DNA of 13,186 nt from Armatimonadota bacterium (lineage in GTDB: Bacteria > Armatimonadota > UBA5829 > DTLH01). Within the stretch, counting starts at the first letter, position 1, and each line of letters starts with the position of its first letter. Below, piece after piece: positions 6,536-13,186 of the stretch. Made by a program: the position numbers and the translations under genes. The notes beneath the pieces are model-generated. The model saw only the letters and a program-made list of their open reading frames with translations. It was not told the DNA's origin and did not search any database. Location: contig JBDKSP010000030.1 of the NCBI GenBank assembly GCA_039680575.1, forward strand, positions 1 to 13,186, written 5' to 3'.

Positions 6536-7541
6536 TTTTGGAGTCGGTCTCCCACTTGATAACATTAGCTGCCCAGGTAAGCCCTGCGCCGAACCCGACG
6601 ACTACGACCAGGTCGTCTTTCTTCAGCTTTCCGGCACGTACAGCTTCATCCAAAGCGATAGGTATGGACGCAGCGGATGTATTGCCGTATTTATGCACGT
6701 TGACGAACACCTTTTCAGGCGGAAGCTTGAGCCTTCTGGCGGCAGAATCGATGATCCGGAGGTTAGCCTGGTGCGGCACGAACAGGTCGATATCCTCCGG
6801 GGTTAACCCGCACTGCTCTAGTGCCTTTGCGGAGGCATCACCCATTATTTTGACAGCGAATTTGAAAACTTCCGGTCCGGCCATCTTGATAGAGTGCTGG
6901 CGAGTCTGTACTGTCTCTTGAGTCGTAGGCATCCTGGAGCCGCCGGCTTCGATCTTCAGAAGCTCCGCTCCGGAGCCGTCGGAACCCAGGAGGACGGACA
7001 GTATCCCGTGATCATCATCCGTAGGAGCAAGCACAGCCGCTCCCGACCCGTCACCGAAGAGCACGCAGGTCGATCTGTCCTCAAAATCAATCAGCCTGGT
7101 CAAGAGATCGACACCGACCACGAGGACTTTGTTGTAAATACCGGAACCGATAAACCCGGAAGCAACAGACATGCCGTATACGAACCCGGAGCAGCCTGCC
7201 GCCAGGTCGAACGCAGCGGCGTTGACAGCGCCAATCTTATGCTGAATGATCGACGCAGTAGACGGGAGCGGCATATCGCCGCTTACCGTCGCGCAGATCA
7301 CCAAATCGATCTCGCCGGGTGAAATCCGGGCATGTTTCAGGGCTGCAGATGCCGCACGCGAACCCAAATCCGATGCAGCCTCTTCCTTCGGAGCCATCCG
7401 TCTTTCTTTGATTCCGGTGCGAGACACTATCCACTCGTCGCTTGTATCGACGATCTTCTCGAAATACTCGTTGGTCAGCACCTTTTCCGGGACCGATGAG
7501 CCTGTTCCGATAATACCAGCCCGTCTAATAGTTTTATTCAT
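6519..7541 (-). CDS. fabH: 3-oxoacyl-ACP synthase III
   Basis: DTSDEWIVSRTGIKERR, AGCSGF (Cys), LFGDG, PHQAN (His), YGNTSAAS (Asn), GFGAGLTW. Confidence 0.96.
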   Translation of the reverse strand: MNKTIRRAGIIGTGSSVPEKVLTNEYFEKIVDTSDEWIVSRTGIKERRMAPKEEAASDLGSRAASAALKHARISPGEIDLVICATVSGDMPLPSTASIIQHKIGAVNAAAFDLAAGCSGFVYGMSVASGFIGSGIYNKVLVVGVDLLTRLIDFEDRSTCVLFGDGSGAAVLAPTDDDHGILSVLLGSDGSGAELLKIEAGGSRMPTTQETVQTRQHSIKMAGPEVFKFAVKIMGDASAKALEQCGLTPEDIDLFVPHQANLRIIDSAARRLKLPPEKVFVNVHKYGNTSAASIPIALDEAVRAGKLKKDDLVVVVGFGAGLTWAANVIKWETDSKNDSTD

Positions 7542-7556
7542 GAATTTGAACCTTAA

Positions 7557-7656
7557 TATGGAGTTTTGGGTAATAATGCAACAACCCTACGGACACATGG
7601 CCAGCCAATTATAATGCTGCATCTGTTGGTTTTACGCTCAAACCCAAAACTCTGTA
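7557..7656 (-). mobile_element. Solo 100-bp TA-bounded module homologous to the right half of the long MITE-like element
   Basis: TA-tgGAGTTTTGGGT...ACCCAAAACTCtg-TA. Aligns colinearly with the reverse complement of 2538-2634, including TGCTGCATCTGTTG. Confidence 0.65.
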
Positions 7657-7672
7657 GATCGAGATTCCAGGT

Positions 7673-8680
7673 CTATCCGCCCACTGCCGGACACTTCTCT
7701 GAACCTGGAAGTGAAGTCTTGATGCAGTTGATGATGTCGTGATCTACCGCTTCTTTCGCGGCTCTGATCGCGTTCGTGACGGCTCTAGCATTAGACCTGC
7801 CATGTCCCACGATGCATATACCGTTCACACCAAGAAGCGGCGCACCGCCGTACTGCGAATAATCGAACTGCCGCTTCAGTTTCATCATAGTAGGCTTGAT
7901 ACAAAGCAAAGGTAAAAGCAGTAGTTTATTTTTGCTGAGTTCCTTGACGTTGCCCAGAAGAAAATCCGCAAGCCCTTCGCTCACCTTGAGTGCGACATTT
8001 CCGACGAACCCATCAGCAACGATAACATCGGCTATACCCGTAAACAGGTCTCTGCCTTCGACATTTCCCACGAAGTTGAGCCCCGCCTCCGCAAGCGCAG
8101 GATGAGTAGCCTTAGTAAGCTCGTTGCCTTTGGTCGATTCCTCTCCAATGGAAAGCAGCCCGATACGGGGATTCGGTTTTTTGAACACTTTCTCCGCGTA
8201 AATGCTTCCCATCACGGCAAACTGCAAAAGGTTGTTGACTGTGCAGTCGGCGGTCGCTCCGGCATCCATCAATATGGTATTGCCGCCCTTACATGGCACA
8301 ATAGCCGCGATGGCGGGACGCTCTATACCCGGAATTCTACCGAGTTTGAGCGCAGCGACAGCCATTGCGGCGGCAGTATTGCCCACGCTTATCATAGCTT
8401 CGGCGCGGCCAGACCTGATCATGCCAGCGGCTACCACCACAGATGCATCCGGCTTGGTCCGCACGCTGTTTACACAGTCCTCCATGCTTATACAATCCGG
8501 CGTATGGTGGATCTCTATCCGGGACAGTCCTTCCGGCCGTTTGGGCAGGTGAGCTTTTATCGCTTTTTCGTCACCGACCAGGATTATATCTGTGTCGTAC
8601 AAAGCAGCGGCCTCGACAGCCCCTTTCACGATCTCGGCAGGAGCGTAGTCACCGCCCATTGCGTCGACTGCAATCTTCAT
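7673..8680 (-). CDS. plsX: Phosphate:acyl-ACP acyltransferase
   Basis: IAVDAMGGD, GIERPA, DGFVGNVALK, YGGAPLLGVNG, GHGRS; lies between rpmF and fabH. Confidence 0.96.
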   Translation of the reverse strand: MKIAVDAMGGDYAPAEIVKGAVEAAALYDTDIILVGDEKAIKAHLPKRPEGLSRIEIHHTPDCISMEDCVNSVRTKPDASVVVAAGMIRSGRAEAMISVGNTAAAMAVAALKLGRIPGIERPAIAAIVPCKGGNTILMDAGATADCTVNNLLQFAVMGSIYAEKVFKKPNPRIGLLSIGEESTKGNELTKATHPALAEAGLNFVGNVEGRDLFTGIADVIVADGFVGNVALKVSEGLADFLLGNVKELSKNKLLLLPLLCIKPTMMKLKRQFDYSQYGGAPLLGVNGICIVGHGRSNARAVTNAIRAAKEAVDHDIINCIKTSLPGSEKCPAVGG

Positions 8681-8719
8681 TATATAGAGCCTTCTTTTGC
8701 GATCCGCATAGCGCGCAAG

Positions 8720-8914
8720 TTACTCTTCTGTCTTTCTTTCCTTTTTCTCGATTACCAAACGGCCGTTGTAGAACCCGCAGGACGGGCACACATGGTGCGA
8801 TAATCGGGGTGCATGGCAGCGCGGGCAAGCCGAAACGTTCGGCGCCGTGAGCTTCCAGTTAGCTCTACGCTTGGCCTGTCTGGCCTGTGAATGTCTTCTT
8901 TTCGGAAGTGGCAT
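8720..8914 (-). CDS. rpmF: 50S ribosomal protein L32 (four-cysteine form)
   Basis: MPLPKRRHSQAR...CPRC...HHVCPSCGFY; SD AAGGAG. Confidence 0.96.
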   Translation of the reverse strand: MPLPKRRHSQARQAKRRANWKLTAPNVSACPRCHAPRLSHHVCPSCGFYNGRLVIEKKERKTEE

Positions 8915-8965
8915 CTATATACTCCTTTTATAGCTATCAATATTGTTGTCGAGCTACTCTTTTTA

Positions 8966-8996
8966 TACTTCGGGGCGAAAAGCGGTCCCGAAGCAC
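8966..8996. repeat. TGCTTCG-family hairpin repeat
   Basis: TACTTCGGGGC-gaaaagcg-GTCCCGAAGCAC; its loop is nearly the reverse complement of the 5513 loop. Confidence 0.75.
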
Positions 8997-9006
8997 ACAT
9001 TAATGT

Positions 9007-9540
9007 TTATTCTTCTTCATTCTCCTCTTCAAGCATACCTTGAAGAGCGGAAAATGGTGAGTCCTGAATGTTTACAGGGCAATCGCATGGCCCTTCGTTC
9101 AGGTTCTTACCGCATGTCGGACAAAGCCCCTTGCAGACATCGCTGCACAGCGGCTTTATCGGCAGTTGCACCAAAATCGCCTGCCTGACATACTCCGACA
9201 GATCGAATATGTTATTTTCGAAGAAGCTCGATACTTCCTCTTCTTCTTCGAAATCTTCCTCTTCCACCGGCTCGACAAGGATATCCCTTATCGGAAGCTG
9301 CTCTTCTACCTTCACTTCTACAGGCATAGCCAGCTTTTCGAGACACCTGCTGCAGTCCAGTTCGACAGCCGCGCTGAAACTGCCTCGAACTATTATCAAA
9401 CGCCCCGTATTAGTAAAATCGATGGCGCCTGTTATCGGACTGGTGCAGCGAAAGTCTTCGTTTTCGAAGCACTGCTCTCGTATATCATAATGATATGTCT
9501 TGCCGAGATTGCCTGCAACCTCGCTCAGATCGAGCTTCAT
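9007..9540 (-). CDS. yceD: DUF177/YceD family protein
   Basis: CSRCL, acidic stretch, DLSEYVRQAIL..P.KPLC...CKGLCPTCG.NLN...CDC; directly upstream of rpmF. Start ATG 9540 (AGGA SD) is preferred over 9549. Confidence 0.92.
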   Translation of the reverse strand: MKLDLSEVAGNLGKTYHYDIREQCFENEDFRCTSPITGAIDFTNTGRLIIVRGSFSAAVELDCSRCLEKLAMPVEVKVEEQLPIRDILVEPVEEEDFEEEEEVSSFFENNIFDLSEYVRQAILVQLPIKPLCSDVCKGLCPTCGKNLNEGPCDCPVNIQDSPFSALQGMLEEENEEE

Positions 9541-9550
9541 TATATTCATC

Positions 9551-10771
9551 CTACGCGCGGGAAGATTTGCCTGTTACAATCTCAACCGTGTCGCGCGCGA
9601 TCATCATCTCTTCATTGGTCGGTATCACGAAAGTGCGTACCCGGGCCGTATCTACGCTGATATCGGCTTCATTTCGGGTCTTGCTATTCTTTTCCTGGTC
9701 CAGTTCTATTCCCATGTAGCCTAAACCATCAGTCGCCTTTTCGCGGACGATGGGACCATTCTCACCGATGCCTCCTGTGAAGACTACGGCATCCAGCCAA
9801 CCCATTGCGGCAGCATAAGCGCCGATATATTTTCGCACACGATAGCAGAATATCTCAAGGGCGAGAGTGCATCTTTCATCTCCTGCCGCCGTTCCTTCTT
9901 CAATATCGCGCATATCGCTGGACTTCCCGGAAATCCCCAAAAGCCCGCTCTTCTTGTTTATCAGGTTGTCTACTTCATCGACACTTAAGTTCAGCTCTCT
10001 TTGCACGAAGAGCAGAATAGCCGGGTCGAGGTCGCCTGACCTCGTTCCCATCATAAGCCCTTCAGCCGGAGTCAGCCCCATGCTGGTGTCTATGACTTTT
10101 CCACCGACGATTGCGGCCATGCTGCAGCCGTTGCCGAGATGGCATGTGACCATCTTGAGTGTCGACGGATCAGTACCTTTCGCGGCCATAAGCTTGGCTG
10201 CACGCGCGCTCACATACTTGTGAGACGTACCATGGAACCCGTAACGTCGGATACCGTGGTCGGCATACATTTTGTACGGCAGCGCATAGGTATATGCATA
10301 GTTCGGAATCGTCGAATGAAACGCCGTATCGAATACTGTGACCTGCGGCACTCCAGGCATCAGTCTAATGCAGGCCTTTATGCCCATCAGGTTCGCCGGG
10401 TTATGAAGCGGCGCAAGATTGCTTACCTTGGCAATCTCCGTAAGTGTTTCTTCCGTAACGAGCACGGATGAAGTGAACTTTTCTCCGCCGTGTACTACTC
10501 TATGGCCGACTGCAGCGATCTCGGAAATACTCGAGATGGCACCATCGACAGGATCCGTCAGCACCTTGAACACGAGGTCCATTGCGACATCGTGGTTCGG
10601 CAGCGGCGCATCGATCACTTTCTTGCCGTTTTTCTCGGTCTCATACTTGAGCGCCCCTTCGGCAAGGCCGATGCGTTCCGCGAGACCCTTAGCCAGGACT
10701 TCTTCCGTGTCTGATTCGATCAATTGATACTTAAGGGATGAACTCCCGCTGTTTAATACAAGAACTTTCAT
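9551..10771 (-). CDS. ackA: Acetate kinase
   Basis: LNSGSSSLK, GHRVVHGGE, APLHNP, RRYGFHGTSH, CHLGNG, FTGGIGEN, IPTNEE. ATGA overlap with the pta stop. Confidence 0.96.
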   Translation of the reverse strand: MKVLVLNSGSSSLKYQLIESDTEEVLAKGLAERIGLAEGALKYETEKNGKKVIDAPLPNHDVAMDLVFKVLTDPVDGAISSISEIAAVGHRVVHGGEKFTSSVLVTEETLTEIAKVSNLAPLHNPANLMGIKACIRLMPGVPQVTVFDTAFHSTIPNYAYTYALPYKMYADHGIRRYGFHGTSHKYVSARAAKLMAAKGTDPSTLKMVTCHLGNGCSMAAIVGGKVIDTSMGLTPAEGLMMGTRSGDLDPAILLFVQRELNLSVDEVDNLINKKSGLLGISGKSSDMRDIEEGTAAGDERCTLALEIFCYRVRKYIGAYAAAMGWLDAVVFTGGIGENGPIVREKATDGLGYMGIELDQEKNSKTRNEADISVDTARVRTFVIPTNEEMMIARDTVEIVTGKSSRA

Positions 10772-11766
10772 TCTTCTATCGCCTGAACTGCGGTAATGGC
10801 AGCGACATTGACTATGTCAGACCAGTTGCAACCGCGTGAAAGGTCGTTTACCGGCTTTCGGAGCCCCTGAAGGACAGGGCCATAAGCCTCCGCCTTCGCG
10901 AGCCGCTCCGTGAGCTTGTAAGCGATGTTCCCGGCGTTCAAATCCGGGAATATAAGCACGTTTGCTTTACCGGCAACCGGGCTGCCAGGCGCCTTGCGCT
11001 CCCCGATCCACGGAACAAGCGCGGCATCGCCCTGCAGTTCGCCGTCGATAAGGAGATCAGGCCTCCGCTCCTTTGCGATCTTAGTCGCGTCTATAACTTT
11101 GTCGATAATCGGGTCGCTTGCGCTCCCCTTGGTCGACAGCGAAAGCATTGCTACCTTCGGCTCGACACTGAATAACTGGCGCATGGTCTTGGCGCTTGTG
11201 ATCGCGATCTCCGCAAGCTCCGTAGCGTTCGGATTGATGACGAGTCCGCTGTCGCTGTAGATAAACAGCCCGTTTTCGCCATATTCGCAGTCCGGAACGA
11301 TCATAACAAAGAAGCTCGATGCAATCGACACGTCAGACGCGCATTTCAGCACCTGGAGCGCAGGGCGGACGGTATCCGCTGTCGAATGGACAGCGCCGGA
11401 CACCTGGCCGTCAGCTTCATTGTTATAGACCATCATAACGCCGTAATAAAGCGGGTCTTTTACGGTTTCCAGCGCCTGCTCAGGCGTTGTACCTTTCTTC
11501 TTTCGAAGCTCGTAGAAGAGATTGGCGTATTCCTGCAGCTTGGGAGATGTCTCCGGGTCTATGCAGTTCAGTTTCGATAGATCGACACCTGCTTCGGATG
11601 CCGCTTTGGCAACCTCGCTGCTTTTACCGACAACTACGACTTTTGCGATCTCACGAGCAGTTATCTCCTGCGCGGCTTTTATCACCCGCGGGTCGCCGCC
11701 CTCGGGCAAAACGATAGTCTTCTGCGCAGCCCGCGCTTTGGCATAAATGCCTTCCATTACTTTCAT
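10768..11766 (-). CDS. pta: Phosphate acetyltransferase (short, single-domain type)
   Basis: IVLPEG, DGELQGDAAL, FPDLNAGNIAYK, NDLSRG; coupled to ackA; 332 aa. Confidence 0.94.
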   Translation of the reverse strand: MKVMEGIYAKARAAQKTIVLPEGGDPRVIKAAQEITAREIAKVVVVGKSSEVAKAASEAGVDLSKLNCIDPETSPKLQEYANLFYELRKKKGTTPEQALETVKDPLYYGVMMVYNNEADGQVSGAVHSTADTVRPALQVLKCASDVSIASSFFVMIVPDCEYGENGLFIYSDSGLVINPNATELAEIAITSAKTMRQLFSVEPKVAMLSLSTKGSASDPIIDKVIDATKIAKERRPDLLIDGELQGDAALVPWIGERKAPGSPVAGKANVLIFPDLNAGNIAYKLTERLAKAEAYGPVLQGLRKPVNDLSRGCNWSDIVNVAAITAVQAIEE

Positions 11767-11831
11767 TGCCGAAAACCGTACCTTTGATTATTATTTCAGA
11801 TATTGGGTTCCAGGGTACACAAAACAAGCCT

Positions 11832-11862
11832 TGCTTCGAGACGAACTACGGTCTCGAAGCAC
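11832..11862. repeat. TGCTTCG-family hairpin repeat inside an outer inverted repeat (11806-11816 / 11867-11876)
   Basis: TGCTTCGAGAC-gaactacg-GTCTCGAAGCA forms a perfect 11-bp stem with a compensatory G-C to A-T change relative to 5513. Confidence 0.8.
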
Positions 11863-11892
11863 AGAAACCCTGAACCTGCAATCTTGCTGACC

Positions 11893-12492
11893 TTATCTTC
11901 TTCCGAGCTCTCTTGCCGGTGGAAGTACCGTCTCCTCCGACGGCTTCGTGTACTGGATGCGCTGATCCAGCTTCTCCCGGCCTCTCTGGATGGTCCCCAT
12001 CAGTTTGACCGTGAAATTTTCGAGGTTCGCCAGGACCTCTCTCGCATACTCGTCCGCACCGCGTCTGATCTCTCTCGCTGATGCTTCCGCGCTCGCCACG
12101 ATCTCTCTTGCCTGCGCTGTTGCAAGCCTGTTGATCTCGCTTGTCTCGACGAGCTTATCAGACTGGGATTTGGCATCCTCTACCGTTCGGGTTGCTTCTC
12201 CCCGCGCATTATCCAGTATGATCTTCGCCTCTTCCTTGGCTACTCTGACTATCTTGTCCGTGTCGCTGGCGAGTCTTGTAGCCGTCCGGACCTCATCCGG
12301 TAGTGACGCTCGAATCTTATTGATGAGCATATGCAATTCTTCTGTCCTTATGCCGTATGCTCTACCCCATATTTCAAAATAGTTGCTTTCCACTGCATCC
12401 TCGAGTTTATCGAGGAGCTTAAGTATATCTTCCTCAGGTCCTCTCTGATTTATGAAAGGATACCTTTGTATCGGTGCCTGCTCTTGGTTCAT
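11893..12492 (-). CDS. Coiled-coil protein, probably of the SepIVA/DivIVA-like family found downstream of coaD
   Basis: LLDKLEDAVE, IRASLPDEV, Ala/Glu/Arg-rich heptads, RRGADEYAREVL..LE, IQRGRE; position immediately after coaD. Confidence 0.7.
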   Translation of the reverse strand: MNQEQAPIQRYPFINQRGPEEDILKLLDKLEDAVESNYFEIWGRAYGIRTEELHMLINKIRASLPDEVRTATRLASDTDKIVRVAKEEAKIILDNARGEATRTVEDAKSQSDKLVETSEINRLATAQAREIVASAEASAREIRRGADEYAREVLANLENFTVKLMGTIQRGREKLDQRIQYTKPSEETVLPPARELGRR

Positions 12493-12497
12493 CTTAT

Positions 12498-12995
12498 CTA
12501 GACCTCCTGCAGCTTGCGAAACTTCTCTTTCAGTTTATATTCTACGGTTTCGGGTACAAGTCCCTTGACCGAGCCCCCAAATCCTGCAATCTCCCTTACA
12601 ATACTTGAACTAACGTATGAATACTCTGCGCCTGTCATCATAAACACAGTCTCTACCTCAGGAGTGAGGTTCCGGTTCACAAGCGCCATTTGAAATTCGA
12701 ATTCAAAATCCGACAAAGCCCTGAGGCCTTTTACAATAACTCCGGCATCCTGCTGCCTTACATAGTCCACTAAAAGTCCATCGAAATAATCGACCCGGAT
12801 GTTTCGAAGATGGCTCGTCGACTCCCGCAGCATCTCTATCCGCTCCTCTAATGAAAAAAGATGCTTCTTCGCCGGGTTCGGCGCAACAGCCACTATAACT
12901 TCTTCGAACACCATTGCGGCACGCTCGATCACATCGATATGCCCGCTGGTAACCGGATCAAAACTACCGGGACAGACTGCCTTCACGATAAACAA
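12498..12995 (-). CDS. coaD: Phosphopantetheine adenylyltransferase
   Basis: AVCPGSFDPVTSGHIDV (TxGH), KGLRALSDFEFE, VSSSIVRE. Start is uncertain (TTG 12995 or GTG 12986). Confidence 0.95.
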   Translation of the reverse strand: MFIVKAVCPGSFDPVTSGHIDVIERAAMVFEEVIVAVAPNPAKKHLFSLEERIEMLRESTSHLRNIRVDYFDGLLVDYVRQQDAGVIVKGLRALSDFEFEFQMALVNRNLTPEVETVFMMTGAEYSYVSSSIVREIAGFGGSVKGLVPETVEYKLKEKFRKLQEV

Positions 12996-13059
12996 CTTAA
13001 CGCGCAGAGCGGTAAACTCTGCACTTTTCCCTTCTCAATGTAATAGTTCATTCATATTG

Positions 13060-13186
13060 ACGTCACCCTGAACTAAGGAGTTTCAGGTATTACCTGAAAC
13101 TCTCCCCGGAAGATTTTCGGCTATAGCCGAAAATCCATAGATTCAGGGTCCATTCTTTTCCTGGATGCTGAGTCAAGCTCAGCATG
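13060..13186 (-). repeat. REP-like repeat, filled form; exact inverted copy of 1-127, truncated at window end
   Basis: Base-for-base reverse complement of 1-127; identity stops right after TGACGT. Confidence 0.9.

Noticed and set aside
11766..11806. Possible extra degenerate MITE copy (TTGCCGAAAA...TTTCAGATATTG)
   Set aside because: Only two short matches with the wrong spacing and no paired arms.
13002..13024. Hairpin GCAGAG/CTCTGC upstream of coaD as a regulatory element
   Set aside because: A short stem in single copy with no supporting motif.
1..13186. Whole window as a composite transposon or linear replicon with terminal inverted repeats
   Set aside because: The contents are core genes, there is no transposase or replication gene, the same repeat occurs internally, and the 127-bp length fits an assembly break.

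Overview
A 13.2-kb bacterial housekeeping locus with 13 protein genes, all on the minus strand. In transcription order they are coaD, a SepIVA/DivIVA-like coiled-coil gene, pta, ackA, yceD (DUF177), rpmF, plsX, fabH, fabD, fabG, acpP, fabF, a class I aminotransferase (aspC-like) and rnc. The gene order looks Terrabacteria-like; this is inference only. The genes are ordinary. The interest lies in the intergenic DNA, where most long spacers hold small palindromic elements from at least four families, often nested. (i) A ~67-bp two-hairpin REP-like repeat occurs in an empty form (1064-1130) and filled forms (1-127, 5358-5489, 13060-13186). (ii) A TA-bounded modular MITE-like element occurs as long, partly collapsed, fully collapsed, truncated and solo-module forms, with compensatory stem changes. 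(iii) A TGCTTCGRGAC-N8-GTCYCGAAGCA hairpin. (iv) A CACGAAA inverted repeat. The window starts and ends with exact 127-bp inverted copies of the filled REP, most likely an assembly break at a multicopy repeat. No transposase, CRISPR array or RNA gene was found.
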